64,000 nucleotides of DNA from a virus: the IMG/VR virus record IMGVR_UViG_3300034069_001746; one strand, written 5' to 3'. A model generated the notes under the pieces. That model saw only the letters and a program-made list of their open reading frames with translations, searched no databases and was not told the origin of the DNA. Positions 1-9,624 of this stretch are shown one piece after another; positions within the stretch are counted from its first letter, which is position 1, and each line of letters opens with the position of its first letter. A program made the position numbers and the translations under genes.

Positions 1-1
1 G

Positions 2-214
2 GACGATGAAAATCTAGCAAAGCTAGTTTCTTATTATCGTGATAATCTTCAAACAATGCCGCCAGAAGAAGCAGCGCTCCAAGCTGTTATAAAACCTTGG
101 CGGGATGAGGGTTGTGACGAGGACTTCATCACCCATCACCAGTATGATTTTGCGCAAGCAGCCCTTCTGGTGATCGATTTAGCCAACAAGGAAGAAGAGA
201 AGGGTACGTCATGA
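2..214 (+). CDS. hypothetical protein, 5'-truncated by window edge
   Basis: Open frame from nt 2 to TGA at 212-214, overlapping the next ATG (ATGA coupling). Confidence 0.6.
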   Translation, partial: DDENLAKLVSYYRDNLQTMPPEEAALQAVIKPWRDEGCDEDFITHHQYDFAQAALLVIDLANKEEEKGTS

Positions 215-468
215 AAGTAGCAGAACTTGTTGCGCAACTCAGTCAGCTTCCTCAAGACGCTGATCTAGGTATTCACTACGATGGATGTGATCGGATGAAT
301 CTCGATGCTGTTTGGCTAGCACGCTCAGGTCGGGTAATTGTAGGTAGTCTTATCCAAGCCCCCGTTTATGACCTTGAAGACCGAACAGTTGATTCTGTTC
401 AGCACGATTCCGATCGGTACCTCCAGGTTCATGAAATGCTAGGTGTCCCTGAACCTAGTGAAAAGTAA
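211..468 (+). CDS. hypothetical phage protein (85 aa)
   Basis: ORF track; coupled start; MKVAELVAQLSQLPQDA N-terminus typical of small phage ORFs. Confidence 0.7.
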   Translation: MKVAELVAQLSQLPQDADLGIHYDGCDRMNLDAVWLARSGRVIVGSLIQAPVYDLEDRTVDSVQHDSDRYLQVHEMLGVPEPSEK

Positions 469-478
469 GGACAAAAAT

Positions 479-829
479 ATGATCGCTACTCATCAAGTCC
501 TCACCGTCAAAGAAGACCTTTTCTCCAAAGAGGTTATGAAACAGTTTAAGCAACTTCTAGACGATTCTACACTGTTAACAGTTTCTATTAGCGTTGATAA
601 AATCAACAAAGTAGCTGTTCTGGAAGCCAAAGAAAGCGGCGACTGGATTGTTAGAATTGTTGTTTTAGCCTTTGATCAGGACAGAATAAAGAAAGCTATT
701 AAACATACAGATCTTAGAATAGAAGTGGTAAGAGAGCTCCACAACCGTCAGGTTAAACAACGTGACATTGCTTTGCTCTTGAGTATCTCACAGCCTTCTG
801 TTTCAAAGATCGTTAAAGAACACCGCTAA
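479..829 (+). CDS. helix-turn-helix DNA-binding protein
   Basis: C-terminal HTH pattern QRDIALLLSISQPSVSKIVK; ATG 479 has an AAGGA RBS (track start 443). Confidence 0.7.
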   Translation: MIATHQVLTVKEDLFSKEVMKQFKQLLDDSTLLTVSISVDKINKVAVLEAKESGDWIVRIVVLAFDQDRIKKAIKHTDLRIEVVRELHNRQVKQRDIALLLSISQPSVSKIVKEHR

Positions 830-841
830 AAGGAAGTCATT

Positions 842-1087
842 ATGTCTGTCTGGCAACCCAATGAAACTCTTCCTACTGCGTGCAGATGTATCCTTATCCG
901 ACACAACAGAGGAACATGGATGTTTCCTGAGGATCAAGACAAGATTAACTGTGTGGTGGTCTATTACGGCGGAACAACCTATGACGGTCATGATCGACCA
1001 GAGGTAGACGTGTGGAAAACGTTTGGTCCTGATAGCTTTAAAAGAAGTGAGATTGAACAATGGTGCGAGCTTCCAGAAAGGGATTGA
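842..1087 (+). CDS. hypothetical protein (DUF551-like, ends WCELP)
   Basis: ORF with AAGGAAG RBS; starts VWQP and ends WCELPE. Confidence 0.6.
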   Translation: MSVWQPNETLPTACRCILIRHNRGTWMFPEDQDKINCVVVYYGGTTYDGHDRPEVDVWKTFGPDSFKRSEIEQWCELPERD

Positions 1088-1088
1088 C

Positions 1089-1328
1089 ATGCCTAGATAT
1101 TTGGTCATAGAAGATGAAGATGATTGGCAGATGGATGCCGATAACGTTGAGGATCTTTTAACTCGCCACCAGATAAGAGATCAAGGTGTTTTAGAAAATA
1201 TAAGAATTATTTACGAATTAAAGGATGTCACACCAGAAAATTTCAAATCTCCTGTAATTGATCAAGAAGAAAACTCTGGCAACAATGATCGTCCTCTACC
1301 AACGTGGTGGTTAGGAGATAAGAAATGA
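1089..1328 (+). CDS. hypothetical protein
   Basis: ATG 1089 with AAAGGG RBS in the frame of track ORF 1023..1328. Confidence 0.6.
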   Translation: MPRYLVIEDEDDWQMDADNVEDLLTRHQIRDQGVLENIRIIYELKDVTPENFKSPVIDQEENSGNNDRPLPTWWLGDKK

Positions 1329-1573
1329 TTGAAGATATTTCAACTGCTCCGACTGATGGAAGTATATGTCGAGTGGCAATGTACTCATTCACGACACAAT
1401 CATTTTAATTTTGGTGATCAACATACTGCTGCTAGAGAAATCATCGACAGAAAGATAAATGAGTTAAACAGGCAAAGAGGGGGTGGGGGAATACCTTTCC
1501 TGTTGGTGGTAATTACCAAATGGAAGTTCTTTTAGACATTCAAAAACAGTTTAAAGAACTGGATGAAAAATGA
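1325..1573 (+). pseudogene. possible disrupted or frameshifted small gene
   Basis: ATGA-coupled at both ends in one frame (MIEDISTAPTDG... and ...FKELDEK) with four internal stops; the middle is open in another frame. Confidence 0.35.
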
Positions 1574-1737
1574 AAACTGTTATTAAATACAACAAGAAAA
1601 CAAAAATGGTAGATGTTTTCTCTTCTTGTTTTCATTCCTACACCATGGGTTACTGGAGGATGCTCCAACAACGTCGTCGAAGGGGATTGCAGTATTTGCG
1701 AGAAGCAGGGATTGTTATGAAGAAAAGGATCACTTGA
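1570..1737 (+). CDS. small basic hypothetical protein (55 aa), not in ORF track
   Basis: Manual translation MKTVIKYNKKTKMVD...KKRIT; stop overlaps the next ATG. Confidence 0.55.
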   Translation: MKTVIKYNKKTKMVDVFSSCFHSYTMGYWRMLQQRRRRGLQYLREAGIVMKKRIT

Positions 1738-2234
1738 TGGGAAAGCGCATGTTTCATGTATCTCGCCAGGATCTTGGAGAAGAGTTTACGCTTACTCCCA
1801 AGATTCCAGCAAACACCTTGTTGAAGATACAAGAATGCAACACGTTTCGCGTTTGTTTCAGTCCCTCTATTCGACAATGTTTAATTGGGATTGTTGGATA
1901 CGAGATATCTGAAGAAGCTACTTTGTTAGAATCTTGGGTTAAATCCGGACGGTATGTGTATACTGTATATACTACCGATAAATCTCTTGTATCAGCACCT
2001 TATCTTGAAGGCAGCGATTATGTCATAACCCAAGAGCACTGGTCTTTAGAACCTATCTCTGTTACCAGACTAGGATTTCTAAACCCCATCAACTACGAGA
2101 CATTTAAAAAGTTCGATCTCTTACCTTACCCTCCAACTATTACTCAGCAAGAACGGGATAGTAGTTGGGCAACGCTGACCCAAGAACAAAACGATCTTAT
2201 CGAAAAGTGGTACAGTCACGATTACATGCGATAA
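1737..2234 (+). CDS. hypothetical phage protein
   Basis: ATG 1737 coupled to upstream TGA; FHVS...LTPKIP...RVCFSPSIRQCL pattern. Confidence 0.7.
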   Translation: MGKRMFHVSRQDLGEEFTLTPKIPANTLLKIQECNTFRVCFSPSIRQCLIGIVGYEISEEATLLESWVKSGRYVYTVYTTDKSLVSAPYLEGSDYVITQEHWSLEPISVTRLGFLNPINYETFKKFDLLPYPPTITQQERDSSWATLTQEQNDLIEKWYSHDYMR

Positions 2235-2257
2235 TTGTTGAAATATAGGAGATCGTA

Positions 2258-2623
2258 ATGTCAGTCAGTCTTACAAGAAAGAAGAACAAACATTCATCAT
2301 TTGATAACTCTAGCAAGACATTTGATTTTACTAACTGGTATTGGGGTCATGCTCTTCATGGAATGGAGCTTCGGTACGAGATCTCAAAACCTACTTTGAT
2401 TGAAAAGCTTTTTGGCAAAAGACCAGTTAAATACGAATATCTAACCTGCATGGGTCACAGCACACCGCTACCTGAAAAGGGTGATGTTCTTCTTGTTAAT
2501 TTGAAAGGGGGTAAAATAGGAAGATACTTCATTGAGGAAATTAACTATATGTACAATCCGTCTGATATGTTTGAAATAGGAAAAGCATATTTTGACGGAT
2601 ATCATCCTCGTAACCCTGTGTGA
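2258..2623 (+). CDS. hypothetical protein
   Basis: ORF with AGGAG RBS. Confidence 0.7.
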   Translation: MSVSLTRKKNKHSSFDNSSKTFDFTNWYWGHALHGMELRYEISKPTLIEKLFGKRPVKYEYLTCMGHSTPLPEKGDVLLVNLKGGKIGRYFIEEINYMYNPSDMFEIGKAYFDGYHPRNPV

Positions 2624-2838
2624 GAAATAGGAGAGTTGTGATGCCAAAGAGAACAACTATTTCATTTATCGTTAACACTGATGATAACGGCAATCGATCC
2701 ATCGACAAACGAGTGTTTGTTGGTCATACTGAACAATTTAAGTATGAAGAAGATAAAGAAGAATCAGCTGTAGCTGACATTAACTATCTGTTTGATGAAC
2801 TTGCTAACGGTAATGTTCATCGGAGGCAGTTAGTGTAG
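2620..2838 (+). CDS. hypothetical protein (likely start ATG 2641)
   Basis: ORF track; AGGAG RBS upstream of 2641. Confidence 0.6.
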   Translation: MRNRRVVMPKRTTISFIVNTDDNGNRSIDKRVFVGHTEQFKYEEDKEESAVADINYLFDELANGNVHRRQLV

Positions 2839-2866
2839 TTTGCTGTAGCTTGATAGGAAGAACTTC

Positions 2867-2992
2867 ATGTTAGTAGGCAGGTTCTCCGATACAGGATTTG
2901 ATCCTGTTTTTCAATCGTGGATGAAAGATATTGTTGATGCTGTTGCTGATTGGAACGAGGAAGAGTGCAAGCTTAAATTTCCAAAACGATGA
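2867..2992 (+). CDS. small hypothetical protein (41 aa), not in ORF track
   Basis: Manual translation MLVGRFSDTGFDPVF...FPKR; AGGAAG RBS. Confidence 0.45.
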   Translation: MLVGRFSDTGFDPVFQSWMKDIVDAVADWNEEECKLKFPKR

Positions 2993-2998
2993 GAATTA

Positions 2999-3259
2999 AT
3001 GAAAGCTATACATGACAGTGGACTGGTGGTGGATTCTCAGTTCAGCTATAAAGGGGTTCACGTTTTCTTTCTTCCTCTTGCCGACAGAATTGTTAATGTG
3101 GAACTCAGTCATCTAAGAGGTCATAGACCTCCTTATCACGAAAAAGAATTTGACGACAACACTGTTTGCTACATGCTAGGGGGTGTACAAAAGCGACATC
3201 GTTCAACTCTTTCTGAGTTATTAAACCTGGACCATCAAGGTGCATACATTCCTTTGTAG
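2999..3259 (+). CDS. hypothetical protein
   Basis: ORF track; last gene before a palindromic terminator. Confidence 0.6.
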   Translation: MKAIHDSGLVVDSQFSYKGVHVFFLPLADRIVNVELSHLRGHRPPYHEKEFDDNTVCYMLGGVQKRHRSTLSELLNLDHQGAYIPL

Positions 3260-3289
3260 AAGAGAGGAGGGCGTACGCCCTCCTCTCTT
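3260..3289 (+). terminator. intrinsic terminator (30-bp perfect palindrome)
   Basis: AAGAGAGGAGGGCGTACGCCCTCCTCTCTT followed by a T-rich tract. Confidence 0.8.
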
Positions 3290-3391
3290 ATTCTAGTTTC
3301 TTTTTATTCGTTTTTACCAAAATACATAGCAAGCACATTGTCTTCCCAAATGAATCTATATATTACAATTTTGGTATAAAGGAGAAAAAGC

Positions 3392-3799
3392 GTGGACGAC
3401 AATTGGGCTTATTTCGGTGGTAATGTTGAAGAAATTACACAGGCATTTACAGATCTTGGTGTTCCAGATGTTGTCTTTACTCATGTTCAATCCACCGAAG
3501 ATCCGGATCATTTCGGCTTTGATTACTTCACCAGTGATCCTGGATTTGATGAGGTAGGGCCGATGCCCGATCCCATGACTCGACAAGAGATGATACAGTT
3601 TCTTGCTGGTTCTGTAACTAAGATGACTATTAGTCCTGACAAGGTTCAATTTAATCGAACCTCCAATCGACTAATTTGGAATTTTCGTAGTGTTACCGAG
3701 CTTGGTATCGGTACTTTGTTAACAACTCTTTTGTTTGATATCAATAAAAATATTCGTTATGTTCCGTATACAGGTGCAGGAAGCGTGTTGAAACATTAA
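3392..3799 (+). CDS. hypothetical protein, possibly virion-associated
   Basis: GTG start with AAGGAG RBS; TATATTAC at 3359-3366 upstream. Confidence 0.7.
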   Translation: MDDNWAYFGGNVEEITQAFTDLGVPDVVFTHVQSTEDPDHFGFDYFTSDPGFDEVGPMPDPMTRQEMIQFLAGSVTKMTISPDKVQFNRTSNRLIWNFRSVTELGIGTLLTTLLFDINKNIRYVPYTGAGSVLKH

Positions 3800-3816
3800 T
3801 CAGTGAAGGGGTTGTT

Positions 3817-4905
3817 ATGGCCGGTAAACCACAATCTGATATACCAAGGAATCAACGACCAGCTACTCCTTGTCCTAAATGTTCAGGACCGAGAGATAGG
3901 TTGCCTAGTGGTTGGATGAGATGTCCCGAATGTGATCGTACTAAAACCAAAGATTATCACTCTAGAAACAGAGAAAAACATAAAGAGAGGGTAAAAGAGT
4001 ATTATCAAAATAACAAAGAAGTTTACAAGAGAAATGCTCTTAAGAATTACGAAATTATCAAACAACGAAATAGGGATTGGTTAGCTAAAAACAGAGAACA
4101 AGAACGTGCTAGATTAAAGAAGTATGCAGAAGAAAACAAGGAACATGTAGCTCAGCGAAATAAAGAATGGAGAAAGAATAATCCTGACAAAGTAGCTGCA
4201 ATTTATCAAAAGAGAAAAGAGAACGAACATCCTCTTTATGCAACCTGGAGAGGTATTATTGAACGATGCTACAACCCAAATCATCATGCTTTTCCAGATT
4301 GGGGAGGAAGAGGTATTGGTGTGAATGAACGGTGGTGGATCTTTGCTAACTTTGTTGAAGATGTATGGCCGAGACCTTCGATGATGCACACTATCGATCG
4401 TTATCCTGATATGTTTGGAGATTATGGTCCTGACAATTGGCGGTGGGCTACTAAAACAGAGCAAAATAGGAACCGTAAAAATACGCTATACGTTGATTAT
4501 AACGACACGGGAGAAATCATTTCACTTTCTGAAGCGGCAGATAGAGATGGAGTTTCTTATTTATCTGCTAAAAACAAATATAAACTGAAAACATCAAAAA
4601 GGATGCTCACCACCTGGGAAGGTAAGCAAATAAAAGTTGAACAACTTAGTAAAGAAACCGGTATAAATGAGCAGGTACTCTTGCATCGAGCAAGGACAAG
4701 TACTAACGTAGAATACCTGACTTCTAGACATAGAAGTATACAAACTCACGAATACAAAGGGTGGTGGTACACCCTTTTAGAAATAGCTTTCATGGAAAAT
4801 GTCGACGTTAGATCTTTAAGACCTAAGATGTTAAAAGAGAAAAAGAGTCTTAAAGAAGCTTTAATCGCTTGTTTCGAAGAAAATAAAGAAAATAGAGATA
4901 GGTAG
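3817..4905 (+). CDS. free-standing HNH-like (homing) endonuclease
   Basis: N-terminal CxxC..CxxC and charged coiled coil; LYATWRGIIERCYNP...WGGRGI...TIDR...YGPDNWRWAT..EQNRN nuclease core; three C-terminal helical DNA-binding-like repeats. Confidence 0.8.
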   Translation: MAGKPQSDIPRNQRPATPCPKCSGPRDRLPSGWMRCPECDRTKTKDYHSRNREKHKERVKEYYQNNKEVYKRNALKNYEIIKQRNRDWLAKNREQERARLKKYAEENKEHVAQRNKEWRKNNPDKVAAIYQKRKENEHPLYATWRGIIERCYNPNHHAFPDWGGRGIGVNERWWIFANFVEDVWPRPSMMHTIDRYPDMFGDYGPDNWRWATKTEQNRNRKNTLYVDYNDTGEIISLSEAADRDGVSYLSAKNKYKLKTSKRMLTTWEGKQIKVEQLSKETGINEQVLLHRARTSTNVEYLTSRHRSIQTHEYKGWWYTLLEIAFMENVDVRSLRPKMLKEKKSLKEALIACFEENKENRDR

Positions 4906-4927
4906 GGGTAACCCTACCTATCTCTAT
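4892..4927. terminator. bidirectional terminator between convergent HNH and RNAP beta genes
   Basis: 16-bp stem ATAGAGATAGGTAGGG/CCCTACCTATCTCTAT, loop GTAA. Confidence 0.8.
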
Positions 4928-4941
4928 CGCTTTTATTTTTA

Positions 4942-7900
4942 TTACTTAAAGTAGAGATCAACAATTTTACGTCTTAACGCGTCCATATTTCTTTCAGCGA
5001 TTCCGACGTTGAAAGGACTAGCTACGATACGATTTGTAATAGAAGTAGAGCTGAAAAGCATATCGATAGGTATGCCAGATTCTGTATAATGTTGACGCTC
5101 TGCTACATGCGACACTATGCTTTTGCAAGCATTTGCTACAACCAGCTTGTCACCCTCAGACATCCCTAAAGTTTCAGTGATCATGAATTCCAGAATCACT
5201 GTTCCCTCAGCAAAGGTCACTCCCTGGTACCTGGTACCCACAGCAACCCAACCTGGCTTTTCAGGAGGCTTGATATCAGCCGACGTACTTAGAGCTTTGA
5301 AGTTATCCCGCACTTCTTTCTCATAGACCTTTAGGATCGTTTTAAGACTATCTGAGAGCTTATCTCGATCACAAGCATAAAGGATGCGGATCTTACTGAT
5401 CGTGCCTGTATAGTCAGCAGGAGGCGTTTGACGATTGAGCTTCTCCATGATGTCTAGGTTTTCGATGTTAAGCTCCGTGGAACTACCCACTAGATAATCA
5501 TCGGAGATAATACAAAGAGCATCAGGTGTTTCAACATGATCGCCTACTTTCACCATGCTTAAGATCACCGCATCGTTGTTGGTTACCACTTCTCGTTGAT
5601 GACTGGGTGTCATCTTTAAGCGGTCTGCTAAACTACGGGAGATTTCACAAGCATCTTCGTGATTGGAGCTTTTCTCGATTAGGGCAATATTAGCCGTTAT
5701 TCCGTGTTTGAAGGTTACCTGTTTAGTGAGAGGATCAGGAACAAAGAATCCCTGGTTATAGATCAAGATATCTCCTGTTTTAAACTTCTCCCCTACCTTG
5801 ACGTTAGGAACAAGTTTTTGTAGGAGGTAGGACCCGCTGTTCTGTGAGTAAACATCGGCAAAACTATAGCTCTTTACCTCTCCGGCAACCGAGTTATTAA
5901 TTGGCTGGAAGCGTAAGTAGTATAAGGCTGCGGTATGACCCTTGTTAAAGTCTTGAATCAGCGAGTTCTGCTTTCGGGCAACTTCCTTATCCGGAATCGC
6001 ATCAAGGTTTTCGATTCGGAGACGATCAACAATCTTACCATAAGTAGATTTAGTAAGCGCAAAAACACCGCCCATGGGGTAGCTAGCAATATCAGCTTCT
6101 GGTATCAGATAACCAAAGCTGGTATGGGACTGACGATAGCCATCAAGTACTGTATCCAAATAAGGAAGCTTTAAAGGTCTAAGGCTTGTTGCGGCTTTAT
6201 CAGCATAACGAACCTTTAAAACCTTTTGTTTATCATCAATCGATTCAACCACCCCGTTATCGTCAGCAGCCGTAGCAAATACCCCGGTGGAGAGATGGGG
6301 AAGGACAGCATCATACCCCGTGCGTACCGCTAGCGTTTCACCGTGTTCATGATTAGGCACATAGTGCGAAATCTGAATACCCAGATAATTAGCTCGCTTG
6401 CCATCATCAGTGGTGCCTCCTGGCATGACCATGTTCGCCACCGAAAGGATCTGTGGAGGTTCTAGAACTTCCCCTTCCTTGTGAGCTTTAGGCAGACCAT
6501 GGATGTCATCGATATTAGGTGATGCTGATAGATAAGAGGTGATACCCACTTTACCCGAATCAGGAACCGATTCTGAGATGACGCCTAACCCATCCTGAGG
6601 ATAAACAATGTCTTTAGGTGTAAAGCTACGACCCATGCGACCACCACCTCCCGTATAGGTAAAGATGGAGCGCTGCTTCACCTCATGAACAGGATTAATC
6701 ACCTCATTGGGTGATACGGTTGCATCCTGAACAATCTTTTGAAAAACAGCTTCAGGGTTAATTGAAAAGCTTTTCTTGGTGGTAGGATTACCACGGTGAT
6801 TAGCGAGGGCTCGGTAAATCTCGTTGTACACGATTCCATTAAAGCGTTCATACAAACGGAAGCGATGAAGCTTTACCGAGGATGATTCATCGGCATGGTA
6901 ATCGGTTAGCATCACGTTGGCACGAAGGAGAAGTTCATGAAAGGTAATCGGTTCCTTCATTTTCTCCAGCACCGCTTCGGTGATAGGATCCACAAAGAAA
7001 TCAAAAATACCATTCAAGCCCTTTAAGACACCCACGCTCATTCTTTTTTGATTCAAAACGGTGGCGTAAGTTTCGGGTAAATTCATGTCACGCCACGACA
7101 AGCGTCGCAAATCAGCCCAGAGCAAACCACTAGCAATTAGCGAACGAGAAAGAGGGTAACGGTTAAAGACTAATGCTCCATCACTAAATTCAACCAGAAG
7201 ATCATCAACACCAACAACGGCGTCTTTGATTTTGGGGTAAAACACATAGGACAGGTTGATCATGTCCAACACCCGCTTTAGTCCAAAGCGGTAAGACAGA
7301 ATATAGACCAGGGGAATAACCTGGTTGATAACCTTCGCTTGCGTCCATTCAATCGGGGTAGAGGTTAAAGCATCACTACCAATGACATCAAGTAACATTG
7401 CGTGGAAGGATGCCCAGCTATCTTTGACTTTTCCGGCAACAACTTGGGTGATGGTGTTATTGGGAGCCCAGAACAAAACACTCTGATTGGGACCAGTACC
7501 TACAAAGATACCGTAACGATCGCCGGCAAGAGCTAGTTCCTCTTCAAGGGTTCCGCTACCATTCGCTGAGGCACCATTGCCTCCAAAATAAAAGGTGTAA
7601 CCACCAAAACCAATCTCTGTGAATTGACGACCAATAGCGCTATAGTCATACGCCACCTTTTTGGTAGGAAAGGGTGTCTGACCAACCACCGCGTTTAGTT
7701 TACCCTTAGCTTTTAAATCCAAGATCAACCGCGCGGTATCTTGTTCATAGCTGTACCGCTTCGACTGAACCCGCTCCACAATGATCTTGTTGTAATAAGA
7801 CGACAGATTAACGCGTGTCGGTGAGGTTTTACAGATAGGGACATTAGCGATCTGCCGCGTCAACCGGTAGTTGATCCCCGACAGTTTCATGATCCCGTTA

Positions 7901-9588
7901 TCATCCACATCAGGGAGGGTATATTTGATGTGGTGGGTTTTACCATTTAAGTCTGACAGGTGAAAACGGTAGGTGGTGGTACGGTCCATTTCGGTATGGA
8001 CCTTGTCTTCCTCGACCTTGGTAATAAACATCCCGTGCTTGGATAAGGAACTGACCACTTTACCCATGTCGTGATGAAAGGCATGCGTCTGGTAAGCCTT
8101 ATCCATGGCTACCAGCGAAGAACGCTGATACGACTCTTCTGGTGTAGAGGTAATAAAGTCCATGCGCTTAGGGGCAATTGCTTGCAGGGGAATCGGTTGA
8201 ATGAGTTCACCCAACGTACGTCCAGCAACACTTACCTTTAAATGGTTCTCCATTAAGCTGTTGCGCTTGGCTTCTTTCTTGGGTTCAGCGTCTACCGCAG
8301 GAAGCGAGTGATCAACAGTTGCCGTCCGCAATCTTTCTTCAAAGCTTTGTTGAAGAGGTTCATGATTGATGGGGATTTCTTTGTCTGGATGAACATCTTG
8401 CTGGCTTCTTTTAACAACCTCTTGTTCGGTTAGTAAAGACGTTGTAGATTGGTCTTCGACCGGGGAAGCAATAACCGCATCGCTAACGGGAGGTTCTGTG
8501 TTGGTTGTATCGTCAACATAGGTGTCAAATTCATCAGAATCAGGATCCACTCCTTCTGGAAGTTTGGTATGACTCAGGCGTAAGTTCATGATGTGACGAT
8601 AAAACTTCTGATAGAAAGAATCATCCTCGGCAAACTTATCTAAGTCTCCCAGATTGTAAACAATGGCCCGGTCATCTTTTTGGATCACAAAATTGAGGCT
8701 AGCAAAAAGATCCTTGTTAAGCCTCTCCAACAACGAGGTGGAATGAAGCGAGGTAAATAAGGGATCTGTTTTACCCAGTAGCTTCACATCTTCTTTGTAA
8801 GGGTTAACGTTGAGCTCACGGTTCTTTCCGTAAACATACCCCAACAGATGAATCATGGGGTAAATGGACGGGTCATGAGCAAACCCGTTTAAGGTACCGG
8901 TGCTCAGATCTTTAAAGCTACGCTGAAGCAAGGCACGAGCAAAGACGTGATCGCTTTGCGGGAGGAGGATATAATGAGCCTTACCTGGTCCAATCGAAGA
9001 GATCAGATCAAGCATGGTGCGAAAGATAATGTCAAACTTGCGGTAGCTATGAAGCGTACCACTCACCTTGATTTCATGGAGCGGACTATAATCGATCCAG
9101 GTCAACACCCCTGACATTGTTCCAAGGGTTCGGTCGCTCAAGATACGGTGGAACTTACGGTGGGTTTGGAAGAAATGCGAGATCTGCGGGGTTAACGTGT
9201 TAGGACGGTAACTATAGCTTTCTTTAACCCCAAAAGGTCCTGAATGATCAGTCGCGACTGATGTGTTTACCTTCAGATAAATGGGTAGTTTCTCATTCAC
9301 CAGAGGAGGCAGGGTTGGATCAGGTAGTCCTCCATTGGGGGCATCCATTTTGTCCCAACCATTTAAAGAATGGAAGATACACCCTACTGGTAGCTGCATG
9401 GAAGACCATGAGTCAAACTTAGTCGGAGCCTGTGAAGCGCGTCGAACGTTATACGCGGTGTAGAACCGGCCTATTGTCATTCTTTCGAGAGCAATGTGAT
9501 CGTCATTGTCGTCGATAAAGTCAGTCATGGTAAAAACCTTTATTCCAGTCATACAATCAAATTTGCATCCCTGAGGATTTAATAACAA
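4942..9588 (-). CDS. rpoB: virion RNA polymerase beta subunit (phiKZ gp178-like); likely start ATG 9528
   Basis: Beta-type motifs: LSGINYRLTRQIAN, GKVGITSYL, TDDGKRANYLGIQISH, TGYD, SNHEDACEIS, GDKL...KS, DMLFS...NR; synteny with beta' and tail muramidase. Confidence 0.9.
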   Translation of the reverse strand: MLLNPQGCKFDCMTGIKVFTMTDFIDDNDDHIALERMTIGRFYTAYNVRRASQAPTKFDSWSSMQLPVGCIFHSLNGWDKMDAPNGGLPDPTLPPLVNEKLPIYLKVNTSVATDHSGPFGVKESYSYRPNTLTPQISHFFQTHRKFHRILSDRTLGTMSGVLTWIDYSPLHEIKVSGTLHSYRKFDIIFRTMLDLISSIGPGKAHYILLPQSDHVFARALLQRSFKDLSTGTLNGFAHDPSIYPMIHLLGYVYGKNRELNVNPYKEDVKLLGKTDPLFTSLHSTSLLERLNKDLFASLNFVIQKDDRAIVYNLGDLDKFAEDDSFYQKFYRHIMNLRLSHTKLPEGVDPDSDEFDTYVDDTTNTEPPVSDAVIASPVEDQSTTSLLTEQEVVKRSQQDVHPDKEIPINHEPLQQSFEERLRTATVDHSLPAVDAEPKKEAKRNSLMENHLKVSVAGRTLGELIQPIPLQAIAPKRMDFITSTPEESYQRSSLVAMDKAYQTHAFHHDMGKVVSSLSKHGMFITKVEEDKVHTEMDRTTTYRFHLSDLNGKTHHIKYTLPDVDDNGIMKLSGINYRLTRQIANVPICKTSPTRVNLSSYYNKIIVERVQSKRYSYEQDTARLILDLKAKGKLNAVVGQTPFPTKKVAYDYSAIGRQFTEIGFGGYTFYFGGNGASANGSGTLEEELALAGDRYGIFVGTGPNQSVLFWAPNNTITQVVAGKVKDSWASFHAMLLDVIGSDALTSTPIEWTQAKVINQVIPLVYILSYRFGLKRVLDMINLSYVFYPKIKDAVVGVDDLLVEFSDGALVFNRYPLSRSLIASGLLWADLRRLSWRDMNLPETYATVLNQKRMSVGVLKGLNGIFDFFVDPITEAVLEKMKEPITFHELLLRANVMLTDYHADESSSVKLHRFRLYERFNGIVYNEIYRALANHRGNPTTKKSFSINPEAVFQKIVQDATVSPNEVINPVHEVKQRSIFTYTGGGGRMGRSFTPKDIVYPQDGLGVISESVPDSGKVGITSYLSASPNIDDIHGLPKAHKEGEVLEPPQILSVANMVMPGGTTDDGKRANYLGIQISHYVPNHEHGETLAVRTGYDAVLPHLSTGVFATAADDNGVVESIDDKQKVLKVRYADKAATSLRPLKLPYLDTVLDGYRQSHTSFGYLIPEADIASYPMGGVFALTKSTYGKIVDRLRIENLDAIPDKEVARKQNSLIQDFNKGHTAALYYLRFQPINNSVAGEVKSYSFADVYSQNSGSYLLQKLVPNVKVGEKFKTGDILIYNQGFFVPDPLTKQVTFKHGITANIALIEKSSNHEDACEISRSLADRLKMTPSHQREVVTNNDAVILSMVKVGDHVETPDALCIISDDYLVGSSTELNIENLDIMEKLNRQTPPADYTGTISKIRILYACDRDKLSDSLKTILKVYEKEVRDNFKALSTSADIKPPEKPGWVAVGTRYQGVTFAEGTVILEFMITETLGMSEGDKLVVANACKSIVSHVAERQHYTESGIPIDMLFSSTSITNRIVASPFNVGIAERNMDALRRKIVDLYFK

Positions 9589-9592
9589 TAAA

Positions 9593-9620
9593 CATTAAGG
9601 GGCTATAAAGCCCCTTAATG
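9593..9620 (-). terminator. intrinsic terminator-like hairpin
   Basis: CATTAAGGGGCT-ATAA-AGCCCCTTAATG, 12-bp stem. Confidence 0.65.
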
Positions 9621-9624
9621 CGTG

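Noticed and set aside
3359-3366. TATATTAC upstream of 3392 as a full member of the extended promoter class
   Set aside because: It lacks the upstream octamer and the leader hairpin; it may still be a promoter, but it does not fit the extended motif.
5880-6195. Intein in RNAP beta
   Set aside because: No C/S/T start block and no terminal His-Asn followed by C/S/T; kept only as a possible insertion.
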